NCBI GenBank assembly: GCA_028718605.1 | Contig: JAQULM010000003.1 | Span: 16,971 to 80,970, forward strand | Direction of reading: 5' to 3' | Length of the DNA: 64,000 nucleotides | From: Patescibacteria group bacterium | Lineage (GTDB): Bacteria; Patescibacteriota; Patescibacteriia; UBA10025; JAHIVO01 | In this document: one piece after another, positions 38,483 to 49,017 of the stretch | Numbering within the stretch: position 1 is the first letter of the stretch | Layout: each line of letters starts with the position of its first letter | Made by a program: the position numbers and the translations under genes | The notes under the pieces: model-generated | Database searches by the model: none | The model's input: only the letters and a program-made list of their open reading frames with translations | What the model was told of the DNA's origin: nothing

Positions 38483-39130
38483 CTAATTCTTCACCTCAAT
38501 GCCCCCGAAAAGCGCCGTACCTGAAACCGTCAATGTTTTTTTTGCACCTGCGTCAGGATTCGTCTTATTTTCGGACCCGCCGAATATCGGGGTGATTTTT
38601 AGCCGGACATGGACGTCACGCGGGACGATGATTTCAATTCCGCCGAATGACGCGTACGCATCAATCTCTGCGTTATCCGCGATATTCGCGCCCCGGAGAT
38701 CCATCTGCGTCCCGCCGAATGTCGCGGTCGTGCTGCCGCGTGAAAACTCACCGATGACTTTCTCGTTCCGTCCGCCAAATACTGCTGATACATTCTGTCC
38801 TGAACCGCCGGGATCTTGCCGGGATTTCCATGATTTCCCGACAAGAAATGAAAGCCCGATGAGGATAACGATGCCGGGCCAGATATAATCCCAGGAACTG
38901 CCCGGCAGTACCTCGTAATTCTCAAGGAGAAAAACAACGCCCACGATAATCAGAACCATCGGCCAGATAAACATACGCGGGTTTGATCTCCAGCTGAGGA
39001 TTCCCATGATAACAAAGATGACCGGCCACCAGTCGCCGAACGACGGGATGCCCTCAACGCCAGTCGCCGTAAGCAGAAGCTGAATGCCAATGATAATAAC
39101 GATAATGCCGATAATACTGCGCGTCGACAT
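38483..39130 (-). CDS. LiaF-like / DUF2154-type membrane protein
   Basis: N-terminal TM helices. The C-terminal beta-rich repeat region (FGG..., GGTQMDLRGANI..., FGGIEIIVP...) resembles the LiaF C-domain. Confidence 0.45.
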   Translation of the reverse strand: MSTRSIIGIIVIIIGIQLLLTATGVEGIPSFGDWWPVIFVIMGILSWRSNPRMFIWPMVLIIVGVVFLLENYEVLPGSSWDYIWPGIVILIGLSFLVGKSWKSRQDPGGSGQNVSAVFGGRNEKVIGEFSRGSTTATFGGTQMDLRGANIADNAEIDAYASFGGIEIIVPRDVHVRLKITPIFGGSENKTNPDAGAKKTLTVSGTALFGGIEVKN

Positions 39131-39152
39131 ACAGTTCGATTATTATAAATTA

Positions 39153-39488
39153 TTAAACCTTCGTACTGGACGGGGTACTGGTGGGATCATTTTTTTGTTT
39201 ACCCCTCGTCGCCCACCGGCGCTCAATGTACACGAGCCGCCACCACATCTTGCCCAAGCCGAGACCGCCAGCAATGCTGACGATGACGAGGCCGATTTGG
39301 ACCGCCGGATGCAGCGAACACCCCGCATACCATGTTATCGTGTGATCATTCTTGATGGCCCACTGGAGGTATATATCCTCCGCGACGGCATGAACGAGCA
39401 AACCGATAAGAAACCCAAAAACACCGGCGCTTATGATATACGCAGCGTGTTTTCCTGGGGTTGGGTTGATTCGAGCGTTTAGAAACAT
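39153..39488 (-). CDS. small membrane protein
   Basis: 2-3 TM helices. Start uncertain. Confidence 0.35.
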   Translation of the reverse strand: MFLNARINPTPGKHAAYIISAGVFGFLIGLLVHAVAEDIYLQWAIKNDHTITWYAGCSLHPAVQIGLVIVSIAGGLGLGKMWWRLVYIERRWATRGKQKNDPTSTPSSTKV

Positions 39489-39587
39489 GCACAAAGTATA
39501 CCATATTCTTATAGCGTAGAATATGGCATGCGGACAATCCAACTCACGAACAATCGGACAACACCCGTGGCTCTTCGGAACGGGTTA

Positions 39588-39977
39588 TCAACCTTTAAAG
39601 TAGCCGCTTGGCTCCTTCAGCAACTCATCAAACGCGCGCCCGCACAGCGGCACGAGATAATTCACGCCTTGGTCTCCTCTCTTTTCCACCTCATCGCCCA
39701 AACGAAGTACAAGAAAACGCGCCGCATCCATAATACGCTGCTCATGCTCATAGGGAATGTGCATTGACTCCGCCTCGACGGCTGCAGCTAGTTTCGACAG
39801 GATCGCCTGGTCGCCGTCTGCAGCCTCCTGGAATACGCGCAATGCCTGTTCGTAACGGTTTTGGGTCTCATTTGATTCACGGACCGTGCGATCTATTGTT
39901 TTTTCAAACTCTTGCTTGCTCGAATCAACCATTCTTTGGATTTCCTCGGGGAGCTCATTAGGATTTTCTTGGTTCAT
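39588..39977 (-). CDS. hypothetical protein
   Basis: 129 aa, acidic and helical. No family recognised. Confidence 0.4.
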   Translation of the reverse strand: MNQENPNELPEEIQRMVDSSKQEFEKTIDRTVRESNETQNRYEQALRVFQEAADGDQAILSKLAAAVEAESMHIPYEHEQRIMDAARFLVLRLGDEVEKRGDQGVNYLVPLCGRAFDELLKEPSGYFKG

Positions 39978-39999
39978 AGTCCGCGTGTTTAATGGAAAA

Positions 40000-41652
40000 C
40001 TACCGGGAAAGGAGTGACCGCATTAATTCGGTCAAACCATTGACAATGAGGATGAAAAAAATAGAAAAAAGAATGAAAAACCACTTTTTTGACGGATCAT
40101 ACGGCATGCATCTCCATGGTGAATATCCCCCGGCCTGCAGTTGTTTCAGGAGTGGCTGGTCTGCCTTATCGACGCGCCTCAAGAAGAGACCGACGAGAAA
40201 CAATGCGAGGACAATGAGGTACACGAAATATGTCTCATCGTCGAATAAAAATGGAAGGAATAATACGATCCAGGGGCTGCTCACCGCCAATAAAACCATT
40301 GCAATGCGGCGCTTAATGTAGTACCCCCGCTCTTTCATCTGCTTGATGAGCGGATCCATGGCAGGATTCGCCGGTTTTGTCCTCAACAAAAGGACGGCCA
40401 CCAAAACTCCATACAGAGTGAAAAAATTCGACAAGCCGATGAGAGCAAGCGCGCCAATCCGTTTTCGCATCGGCTGAAGGCACAGCATGCCGGCGAAAAT
40501 CGAACTGACAACCGACGCGAGTGCGACCAGGATCACGCTTGTTCCGAAACTGTGTTCAACGATAAATCTCGGAACCGAAACCCAGAAAGGCGTTTTCCGG
40601 ACGATCCAAAGGTCATCAGTAAACGCCTCCGACGGCGCCTCAATGGTTATTTTCGTATACCGGATGTCCTCGCCGTCGTTTACGTTGATAAAATCCTCCG
40701 CTCCGCGGGAAAGGGGCCCACTGTCGTATCCGAGGGTATAGTATTCAGTCGTCGTGTACTTCTCAATACCGGAAAAGACGTCGGGTGTCACGTGCCCCAG
40801 TACCCGTACCGTGGCGGGAATCGTACGGTTGCCATACACGCTCGTCGGTACGAGCGGGAAATACAGCTTGTCCGTTGGGAACGAAACGACCACGCCACGC
40901 TGGTACGATGTACCGCCCCCTGCCTTGGAAAGCCACGACACAACAAAGGAATAATCAGCGCCGATGTACCGTTCAAGCGCGCTGATCGATCCGGCTTTCA
41001 CATCCAGTCCTTTTGCGGCAAGATACGCGTTCAGGCCGTCGGCAGTCTTTGCAGCCAGCACTTCCACCGTTACCCCTTTTTTATCCAGGTGCTCAAACAC
41101 TGTCACGTCGACGGTTGGTTGGGCGCTGTCACTCGCGAGCGTATTCTTGCTTTCTGAAACAGCCCCCGTTTGGCCAACGTTGAACATGAGAAACGGAACT
41201 ATATACAGCTGCGTATACAGTGCACTATCGCGGACTGAGCCAAGTTCACTCTGGGCAGCGAGCGTAATTTCCTGCCCCATCAATTGCGGCTGGCTCTCAA
41301 GAACGTCAATCTCTACATCCTTCGGCTCTGAGGGAACCGGAAAAAGCCAGACCGCGCCTGACCCAGCGCCGGGACTGTATTCAACGCCGAGCGCCATTGT
41401 TTGCCGTCCGTTTTCGTATTTGATGACAGCCTGCTGGGAACTTTCATCCGCGTAGTCCCAGCGGTCAGCGTACGGGTCAGGCTCGAGCATCATGCCGTCA
41501 GCGTTGGTAACCAGCGGAAAACAAACAGTAACCAATGCAAAAACGGCGGCGATAACTATCTTGCGCCTCTGTGCATGCCCCCAGTCACCCTCCCTGCATT
41601 TCAATACGTGCGGTTTAACCTGGGATGCAAACTTTTTTTCATTGAATTCCAT
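40000..41652 (-). CDS. hypothetical secreted protein with C-terminal TM anchors
   Basis: About 550 aa. N-terminal signal anchor, large extracytoplasmic domain, and 3 C-terminal TM helices. Confidence 0.5.
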   Translation of the reverse strand: MEFNEKKFASQVKPHVLKCREGDWGHAQRRKIVIAAVFALVTVCFPLVTNADGMMLEPDPYADRWDYADESSQQAVIKYENGRQTMALGVEYSPGAGSGAVWLFPVPSEPKDVEIDVLESQPQLMGQEITLAAQSELGSVRDSALYTQLYIVPFLMFNVGQTGAVSESKNTLASDSAQPTVDVTVFEHLDKKGVTVEVLAAKTADGLNAYLAAKGLDVKAGSISALERYIGADYSFVVSWLSKAGGGTSYQRGVVVSFPTDKLYFPLVPTSVYGNRTIPATVRVLGHVTPDVFSGIEKYTTTEYYTLGYDSGPLSRGAEDFINVNDGEDIRYTKITIEAPSEAFTDDLWIVRKTPFWVSVPRFIVEHSFGTSVILVALASVVSSIFAGMLCLQPMRKRIGALALIGLSNFFTLYGVLVAVLLLRTKPANPAMDPLIKQMKERGYYIKRRIAMVLLAVSSPWIVLFLPFLFDDETYFVYLIVLALFLVGLFLRRVDKADQPLLKQLQAGGYSPWRCMPYDPSKKWFFILFSIFFILIVNGLTELMRSLLSR

Positions 41653-41759
41653 ACTGCAAGGATACGCCAAATTATCACGAAAATCAATTATTAATTATAT
41701 AAAAAGCGGCGCCCGAGAACGAAGATGTTCTCGGGCGGTTGTACTTTATGGTTGGGGTT

Positions 41760-42107
41760 TTAGAAATGTGTAGCGAGGTATGCAACGCTGGCGATGTATG
41801 TCATGCGTTCATACAGAGCATACAGCAACCCCCCGACAAAGAACAGAGCGCCAACACCGCCCATGGCGACGGTGAACAGGTGTATGGCGCGCATTTCCTC
41901 ACTGGCCCCGAAACAAATCGGGACTTCGATGCAGCCGAAACTGGCTGCACCGATCATCACCGCGAGCAGGCCGAAGCCAACTCCCATATTGATCCCGCTC
42001 ACCCACTTGATGGGTTTGAGATCTTCGGCGATGATAACCAAAAAGGAAAGAACGAGCCACGTACCCATGACGCCTAACACGCTCAGCAATCCAGGATCTT
42101 GATTCAT
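41760..42107 (-). CDS. small membrane protein
   Basis: Start chosen at MNQDPG, which is preceded by a GGAGG RBS. 3 TM helices. Confidence 0.45.
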   Translation of the reverse strand: MNQDPGLLSVLGVMGTWLVLSFLVIIAEDLKPIKWVSGINMGVGFGLLAVMIGAASFGCIEVPICFGASEEMRAIHLFTVAMGGVGALFFVGGLLYALYERMTYIASVAYLATHF

Positions 42108-42233
42108 GATGGACTCCTCCAGAAACGGTTTTTTCAGCTTTGCAACCGGCAATACTACCACATCCAGGCAATTTGTCAAGGGTGAGCACAAAACAAAAAA
42201 ACCCGGGGCGTAACAACGACTCCGCAATAGCAA

Positions 42234-42770
42234 CTAGTATGATAAAATACGTCGTGATTGTTTTACCCGCGGCAAAGCGATTTTCAGCCACACCGAATAC
42301 TTCCACGGCCGTTTCCTAATATCCCGTCGTAATGCTGGAATCGTCACCCATTTCCAATTCATGATCTCAGCAGGATTATCGTGCGGTATACCGTCGAAAC
42401 GTCCAACGTACACGCAATCGTATTCGTTTTCAATAAGCCCGTTTTGAAAAGGCGCCCGATATATAAAACAAAACGCCCGGCGCATCGGGCAATCAAAGCC
42501 CATTTCTTCACGCAATCGGCGGTGAACTGCTCGGGCGTACGTCTCACCCGGGCGCGGGTGGCTGCATACGGTATTTGACCATAAGCCGCCGGAGTGGTAC
42601 TTCGTCTTTTTGCGCTGCTGGATGAGCAGCTCCCCCCGCGAATTGAAAATAAAAATCGAAAACGCCCGGTGCAGGCTTCCATCGCGGTGCGCCTTGATTT
42701 TTTCCGCGACGCCGGTTTTCCTGTTTCGTGGATTAACGAGAACAACGTACTGTTTCTTCAAGCGTTTCAT
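42234..42770 (-). CDS. idi: isopentenyl-diphosphate delta-isomerase type 1 (NUDIX fold)
   Basis: LHRAFSIFIFN..GELLIQQR...YHSGGLWSNTVCSHPRPGE matches the type-1 IDI active-site region (Cys, Glu). Confidence 0.8.
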   Translation of the reverse strand: MKRLKKQYVVLVNPRNRKTGVAEKIKAHRDGSLHRAFSIFIFNSRGELLIQQRKKTKYHSGGLWSNTVCSHPRPGETYARAVHRRLREEMGFDCPMRRAFCFIYRAPFQNGLIENEYDCVYVGRFDGIPHDNPAEIMNWKWVTIPALRRDIRKRPWKYSVWLKIALPRVKQSRRILSY

Positions 42771-42799
42771 CGTGAAAAATTTTGTTTCTCAGTAAACGG

Positions 42800-44026
42800 T
42801 TATAAAAATTTTATCGACCTAATAATCTGTTTCAGGGAATCAAGCGGCAGCGCCGCCGTATCTCTGTCCCAAAAAGCGAAGCCAGGAAACGCAGTGCCTT
42901 TCAAGTTCAAGAGCGCACCATAGCTCCCCGCTCCCACCTCCAGCATGGGTCCGTCTGAAACGTCGCGCGCAGCGACAAAACTTTGGCCATCAAGCAATAA
43001 CACTGTTTGATTGTCTGCAGTGAGAATTTCAAGTGGCTCGAGCAGATACGTCGCGTCAATCACCGGCTTTGCTGAAACAAATTTGAAATAATACGCGGTG
43101 CCTTCAGTTTGATACCCCCGCGTGTCAAGAAATACGCCCGAACGGCCCTCTGCAAACTGGTCGTCAATGCCGCCAAAACTTACTTTGTCAGCATTGCTGA
43201 ATGTGCCGACGAATAACCTGCCGGAGTCAGAGCCGTCTCGAATGGTCAGCTCGACGTCACCGAGGTTTGCGGGATACTGGAATGAAATGCCAATCTCCTC
43301 GTTGCTGAACGTTTTCAGCTCCTGCTGGACGACGACGGGGTTTGTAGTGGTCTCGCTCACTGATGCTCCTCGTAGAACAAGCGAATCCTGAAGCTCACGG
43401 ATAATCCCACGGTACCGTTCAACCTGTGGCGTGCGAATCGTAATTTCAAGGAGTGCCCACCGCGCAGGTTCCTGCCCCGAAGATGCGAGCAGTGCGTATT
43501 TGGAAAAAATCGTAAAGTCAGCCTGTGCAGTACGGAGCTGAGCTTCGGTCGTGGCAGTACTTGCGCCGACCGTCGTATTTGTAAAAGTCATCTCCGGCTG
43601 CTGGCTCCGTGCGTGCGCGATATCGCCATCCACAATCTCAGCCATCGTTGCCGCGTTTCCGGTTGCCTGCTTTTCTGCCACGGAGAGAACGACTGGTTCT
43701 GGGTTGGTCGCGTAGTACACGATCTCATACCCATTGCGCTGCTCTTCAGTAATTGATTTTTGCACCTCGGACGGAGAAACGCTGGTCCACTCTTGGACAG
43801 TGTCAAAGGTATAGCCGCGCGTCGTATCCGTAAACGGTGAATACGTAACATTCGGAACATCAGAACTGGCGTTGGTTTGTGCGGTATTTAAGTTTGCTAT
43901 TGAATTCGTATTGTTGTTTTTATTAACGGCATTATTGTCTGACGACTGGGTACCAAACCAATATGCCCCGGCAGCAATCACGCCAACGCCCATAATGGCC
44001 GCGATGATGACAAAAATTTTTTTCAT
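42800..44026 (-). CDS. hypothetical secreted or membrane-anchored protein
   Basis: 408 aa. N-terminal signal anchor and an Asn-rich linker. Lies downstream of an ABC-2 transporter pair. Confidence 0.5.
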   Translation of the reverse strand: MKKIFVIIAAIMGVGVIAAGAYWFGTQSSDNNAVNKNNNTNSIANLNTAQTNASSDVPNVTYSPFTDTTRGYTFDTVQEWTSVSPSEVQKSITEEQRNGYEIVYYATNPEPVVLSVAEKQATGNAATMAEIVDGDIAHARSQQPEMTFTNTTVGASTATTEAQLRTAQADFTIFSKYALLASSGQEPARWALLEITIRTPQVERYRGIIRELQDSLVLRGASVSETTTNPVVVQQELKTFSNEEIGISFQYPANLGDVELTIRDGSDSGRLFVGTFSNADKVSFGGIDDQFAEGRSGVFLDTRGYQTEGTAYYFKFVSAKPVIDATYLLEPLEILTADNQTVLLLDGQSFVAARDVSDGPMLEVGAGSYGALLNLKGTAFPGFAFWDRDTAALPLDSLKQIIRSIKFL

Positions 44027-44173
44027 AAGATGCAGTTAGTGATTTCAATATATGCCATTATCGTACCGTATAATTACGTCAAAATCAACGCCCAATAAAT
44101 TTCCATGTACCGCAAAACATCCCACCAGAGCTTAAATCTGATGCTGTGTTGTGTTCGACGCCGCCAATCCGTG

Positions 44174-45313
44174 CTAATCCTTAAACTTGAAAATGCGCCA
44201 GGCAAGCACAAACGCGAGGACGATCCATCCGGCCATGAACGCAAGCTGCGTGTAAATGGCGCTCAATCCACTGCCATCAATGGACACTTTACGAAGCGCT
44301 TCGATCATTGGCGTCAGCGGCAGGTACTTCACGACGGAAGCGATAACCTTCGGCAGTGTCTCGGACGGGAAAAATACTCCCGAGAAAAACATCATCGGCA
44401 TGGTGATGACCTGGGACAGCGCTTCTGCTGTTTTCGTGTTCTTCGAATACCCGGCAACGGCAAAGCCCAGGTTGAGGAAAATGACGCTCCCGAGAATACA
44501 AATTAAGTACAGGAGGACATAATTGCCGTACACATGCACGCCAAACGCAACTTGTGCGACAAGAATGATGAGCGTGATCTGGATTAGATTAACAAATAAA
44601 TACGAGAGGACTTCAGCGATAAGGAAGTTCCGGATTTTAATCGGCGTTGCCGACAAGCGCTTCAGCAGCTTTTGTTCGCGGTACCGGCTGATGCCAGTTG
44701 ATATCCCGATGACCGCTGACGTCATGATCGCCATACCGAGAATGCCTGGCATGATAATATCGATATAGTTAATGTCCTTTGACTGGATATTCTCGGTGGT
44801 GTACGAGAAGAGCGTCGGCGCATTCGCCGCTTGGAGGTTCATCTGGTCAATAAATTTATCGATCACGCTGAGCGCGATCTGGTTGACGGTGATATTGGTC
44901 TCATCGTAGTATACCGCGATTGGCGAAATTGCCGGCACGCTTGGCGCTGCCTGCGCGTCAGTCGCTGCCGGCATTCCTGCGGCAGGATCCGCAACAGGCG
45001 TCGGTGCGGCAAAATCCGCTGGTATCACGACAATTGCCTGGATATCGCCGTTCGCGAGCATTGTCTTCGCAGCATCGAGCGACGCGGGGGTATCCTGTTT
45101 CTTCAGGAACTCCAGCTTGTCGAATCCCGCCTGCAAATTCGCGGACAATTCACTGTGGGCATTATCGAAGAGCACGTACTTGGTATCACCCATCCGCTCG
45201 AAGTCAAACAAGCCGAAAATGACGATAAACATGAGCGGGAACAGGAGCGACCAGAATATCGCCTGTTTATCGCGGAATGTCATCTTGATATTTGCCCAGA
45301 GCAGTTTCATCAT
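44174..45313 (-). CDS. ABC-2 family transporter permease (with large extracytoplasmic loop)
   Basis: 379 aa. TM1, then a ~150-aa loop, then 5 TM helices. Typical of ABC-2/YhgE-like permeases. Confidence 0.7.
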   Translation of the reverse strand: MMKLLWANIKMTFRDKQAIFWSLLFPLMFIVIFGLFDFERMGDTKYVLFDNAHSELSANLQAGFDKLEFLKKQDTPASLDAAKTMLANGDIQAIVVIPADFAAPTPVADPAAGMPAATDAQAAPSVPAISPIAVYYDETNITVNQIALSVIDKFIDQMNLQAANAPTLFSYTTENIQSKDINYIDIIMPGILGMAIMTSAVIGISTGISRYREQKLLKRLSATPIKIRNFLIAEVLSYLFVNLIQITLIILVAQVAFGVHVYGNYVLLYLICILGSVIFLNLGFAVAGYSKNTKTAEALSQVITMPMMFFSGVFFPSETLPKVIASVVKYLPLTPMIEALRKVSIDGSGLSAIYTQLAFMAGWIVLAFVLAWRIFKFKD

Positions 45314-45318
45314 AGAGT

Positions 45319-46257
45319 TTACTCGCGCAATTTCTTGCCGGTTAATGAAAGGAATACGTCTTCAAGGTCCGCGGATATCACCTCGAGGTCCATCATAAAT
45401 ACCCGAAACTGGTCTGCCCATTTATACAATTGCGGCAGAACTTCATTGCTTTTTGTTACTTTCAGATGGTACCTATTGTTGGAATTTTTTTCAGCCTCAA
45501 GCACGCCGTCGATCTGCTTCAATGTTTCGATGTCAAATGTTTCGTTGGCGGTAAAATGGATGCGTGCTGAAGAACGCAATTTGCGGATCAGGTTTTTGGG
45601 GGTATCAAGTGCGACTATCTTTCCCATATCCATAATACCGACACGGTCGCACAGGTACTCTGCTTCTTCCATGTAATGCGTGGTAATGACGATGGTTTTG
45701 CCCTGCTCATTGATCTTCCTGATGAATTCCCACATAGCCCGCCGCGCTTGCGGATCGAGCCCAGTCGTCGGCTCGTCGAGAAAAACAATCTCCGGGTCAT
45801 TGACGAGCGCTGCGCAGATGGAAAACCGCTGCTGCTGTCCGCCTGATAATTGTTTGATAAGGGCGTCCTTCTTGTCCTGGAGGCTTACGATTTCGAGCAG
45901 CTTGTCGGCAGGCATTGCTTTTTCATAAAAGCTCCCGAAGAGCTCAAGGATTTCTCCGAGTTTGAGGTACTCGTAATACGCGGATGACTGGAGTTGAATC
46001 CCGATCAGGTTTTTCACTTTATGGAGTTCTCGCTGGGTGCAGAACCCCTTGATGCGCGTTTCGCCGCCTGTAGGCTGCTGCAAGCCTTCGATTATTTCCA
46101 GCGTCGTCGTCTTGCCTGCGCCGTTGGGACCGAGCAAGCCGAATACTTCGCCTGCCTGTACCGCGAATGAAATGTGATTGACTGCAACGAGCTCACCCTG
46201 TCTTTTGGGCTGTTTGAACTTCTTTACCAGGTTTTGTACGTTAATGACCTCCATAAG
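45319..46257 (-). CDS. ABC transporter ATP-binding protein
   Basis: GPNGAGKTT, LSGGQQQR, IVFLDEPT. Start taken at MEVINVQNL. Confidence 0.85.
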   Translation of the reverse strand, partial: LMEVINVQNLVKKFKQPKRQGELVAVNHISFAVQAGEVFGLLGPNGAGKTTTLEIIEGLQQPTGGETRIKGFCTQRELHKVKNLIGIQLQSSAYYEYLKLGEILELFGSFYEKAMPADKLLEIVSLQDKKDALIKQLSGGQQQRFSICAALVNDPEIVFLDEPTTGLDPQARRAMWEFIRKINEQGKTIVITTHYMEEAEYLCDRVGIMDMGKIVALDTPKNLIRKLRSSARIHFTANETFDIETLKQIDGVLEAEKNSNNRYHLKVTKSNEVLPQLYKWADQFRVFMMDLEVISADLEDVFLSLTGKKLRE

Positions 46258-46396
46258 TAATTTATTGGTAATGTTCAATATATCATACGATATTACAGGG
46301 AGCAAGCGCTGGGGTGTGTTAAAGTTAAAAACAAAAAGGGCCGACTTCGCGTCCGAAGACACGTCTCGACCCTTCGATAGTTGCTCAGCGTATCCG

Positions 46397-46957
46397 TCAC
46401 GCTTTTTCAGCCGCCTCCTTTTCAGCCGCCTTCTTATGCAAATTCAGCTGTATGGCAAGCGCCCATACGCTCCCCACTCCGAGTGCGCCGACAACGAACG
46501 GTACGCCAGCCTCAAGCGCCGGTATCAACGCTTTCGCGAGCCACAAGTATACGACCGTCGTACCGAGCCCGACCAGCACACGGAAGAGGTGCTTCTTTGC
46601 GCTGTACTGGTACGACAGGATATAAATCAGCAACGCGATGGGCGGCTCAAGCCATTTGAGCCCCACAACGTACTGCTCCTTGGTGGCAATACCGAGCGCA
46701 ATGAGCGCGAGCATCGTGCCAATGTACCACCAGAAGAGGCAGAACAACCCGATGATGCACGCGGCTGGCGTATCCCCCTTGCGGATGCTGACACGAAGCC
46801 CGATTGTGTGCAGTACTCCTCCGAACAACAGGATGAGCAGGCCACCAGGGTGCGGCGGTAAGGATTTGACCTGCAGTCCAACGAACAGCGGACACAGGAC
46901 GACGATTGAACACAGTATAAAAATGACTGTGTTAATGTACTTTTTCGTATCTTCCAT
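46397..46957 (-). CDS. hypothetical membrane protein
   Basis: 186 aa, about 5 TM helices. Confidence 0.45.
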   Translation of the reverse strand: MEDTKKYINTVIFILCSIVVLCPLFVGLQVKSLPPHPGGLLILLFGGVLHTIGLRVSIRKGDTPAACIIGLFCLFWWYIGTMLALIALGIATKEQYVVGLKWLEPPIALLIYILSYQYSAKKHLFRVLVGLGTTVVYLWLAKALIPALEAGVPFVVGALGVGSVWALAIQLNLHKKAAEKEAAEKA

Positions 46958-47086
46958 ACGACCTCCGGAATTATTGTGTTTTTATCTTTACATTTCCCCA
47001 ATTCTATCTCAAAGTAGTCCAACACCGTACCATGGCACAGCGTTGAACGTCAAGTTGCACAAAGCATTTTAACGGTAAAAACTTCC

Positions 47087-47485
47087 CTATCCTTTCTTTC
47101 CTGGCAGCAAGCGCCGCTTGCGTTCCCACGCACGCACGTCGCGCTCGGTCATCCCGAGATAGTGCGCAACTTCATGATGCACCACATTGCGGATTACGCG
47201 GCGTACCGAAGCAGAATCAGAACCACCGATGCGTTCGATTGAACTTTGGAAAAGAGTAATTTTATCCGGCAGTACGCCGGAGTAGTACGCGCTTCGGTGG
47301 GGCAATGGTATGCCCTGGTATAAGCCGAGGAGGATGCCGCGTGTCCTAATCTGCCGTTCAGCCCGGCGTGCTGCGCGAGGATCGTCCTCGACGATAAAAG
47401 CAACGTTTCTGATTTGGCTGCGAATAGATTCCGGGATCTCACGGAATGCCTCGTGGACGCATTGTTCAAATTGTTCCCTCGTCAT
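47087..47485 (-). CDS. zincin-like metallopeptidase family protein (DUF1025-like)
   Basis: HEVAH (HExxH) near the C-terminus. MTREQFEQCVHEAFREIP N-terminus typical of this family. Confidence 0.6.
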   Translation of the reverse strand: MTREQFEQCVHEAFREIPESIRSQIRNVAFIVEDDPRAARRAERQIRTRGILLGLYQGIPLPHRSAYYSGVLPDKITLFQSSIERIGGSDSASVRRVIRNVVHHEVAHYLGMTERDVRAWERKRRLLPGKKG

Positions 47486-47792
47486 AGCACTACCATACCG
47501 TCCACCCGAAAAAAAGGCAATACCGCTTGACCAATAAAACATGCTGCGATAGGGTAACCCTGCAATGAAGTACCTTGCGAATCCCGGCCGTGCAGCAGCA
47601 AAAGAGCTTCTTTTTTGAGGGAGAAGCTCTGCAGTACGAAGCTTTTCATTTGTGAGGGTGCTTGGAGCACGCATGCCAGTGAGGGCCTTGTGTCTCGTAC
47701 AATGCGCGTTCGCAAGCTGCGCAAATTAAAAGTCCGCAAGGTACAGACGTACTGGCTGCTGCACGGACTTTTTTATTTATAGAAACAATCAA

Positions 47793-48224
47793 CTATTCAC
47801 GCACGCATCGGAGAGATTCGATATAGTCGATGACGGCCTGCACGTTTTCCTTTTTCACTTCCCCTGTCGGCATCGCCGATACAAACCTGCCGGGTAATTT
47901 AAAATACTTGATTCGATTCCGGATTTCTGCCGGTATACGCTCGAATGCTCGTATGCTGCACGCATTGTCCGCGGGGACGCTGCCGATAGCAATTGCGATC
48001 ACGCACTTATTCGCGAGCACGCCCCAGTGTTCCTCGAGATAATTAACAAGCGGCACCCATCGAAAATACGTACCCGACGCAACAATTACCATATCATATT
48101 CACCAAGCTTTTCGTCCGTTGCTTGCCGAAAAGTTAACAAATCTGCCTGAATGCGACTACTAAACCATGTCGCATATTTCTTTGTCGCCCCGAGGACGGA
48201 CTTATAGATGAATGCGGTTTTCAT
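47793..48224 (-). CDS. flavodoxin-like fold protein
   Basis: 143 aa. N-terminal beta-strand plus Ser/Thr-rich loop (IYKSVLGATK). Weak similarity. Confidence 0.4.
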   Translation of the reverse strand: MKTAFIYKSVLGATKKYATWFSSRIQADLLTFRQATDEKLGEYDMVIVASGTYFRWVPLVNYLEEHWGVLANKCVIAIAIGSVPADNACSIRAFERIPAEIRNRIKYFKLPGRFVSAMPTGEVKKENVQAVIDYIESLRCVRE

Positions 48225-48362
48225 GCTTATTTATTGGCTTTTTTATGCGTGGTGCGGCACACCATTGCTACTATTATACCCATCTATCATAAATTGCAAA
48301 GGAGAGCATGTTGAAAAGTCCTTGCGGTTGTTGCGCACGTCTTGATAAGCGATAGAGGTGAA

Positions 48363-48941
48363 TCAAACAGTTTTTCCCCCACGTTCAGAACTATCGGTGC
48401 GCCAATGGACCCAGGACGCGAGCGCCAGCATCAAAATCAATACAAACGCCGTAAGCGCCATGACGGGAATGGTAACATAGCCAAAATACTCTACCTGCTT
48501 TTGGCCGCAGGAAATGTCGGAAAAAATACTGCATACGCCAGCCGCTACTTCCGTCTGCTGCTCATACACGTGGTACCCAGCAATGGCGGCGCCGATCACC
48601 GACAGGATAAAGCTCGTGGTCAATGCACCCCGGTCCTTCTTCCATACCGCGACGGCAAAAAGTATAACGTGCGGGTACATCGCTATTCGTTGGAACCAAC
48701 ACAGCCTGCACGGCACGAGATGGGCAACCTCAGAAAAGAACAAACTGCCGGCAGTGGCTACCGACGCGACGATAAGTGAAAACAGGACGGCATGATCGCT
48801 AAAAAAACCTATAATTTTCGCCAACCCACTCTCCGCTTTTCGCGGGATACTGATTGCACCAGCGAGGAAAATAATAAGCGCCTGCGCAGCCATAGTCAGG
48901 ATTGAGAGTACTATCCCGATTGATTCGTTGAAACTTGTCAT
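48363..48941 (-). CDS. disulfide bond formation protein B (DsbB/BdbC family)
   Basis: 4 TM helices. CRLCWFQR CxxC motif in periplasmic loop 1, and a second Cys pair (SCGQ). Confidence 0.6.
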   Translation of the reverse strand: MTSFNESIGIVLSILTMAAQALIIFLAGAISIPRKAESGLAKIIGFFSDHAVLFSLIVASVATAGSLFFSEVAHLVPCRLCWFQRIAMYPHVILFAVAVWKKDRGALTTSFILSVIGAAIAGYHVYEQQTEVAAGVCSIFSDISCGQKQVEYFGYVTIPVMALTAFVLILMLALASWVHWRTDSSERGGKTV

Positions 48942-49017
48942 AATTTTAAAACTTTTTCAACTATAAACCAACGCTCTGTTTCGTGCAATCTACGAAAAAA
49001 CGTGCTTTTACAAATAT

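Noticed and set aside
44831-45676. 281-aa plus-strand ORF
   Set aside because: It is antisense to the ABC-2 permease and ATPase genes, which have Walker motifs on the minus strand. Cys/His/Arg-rich nonsense composition.
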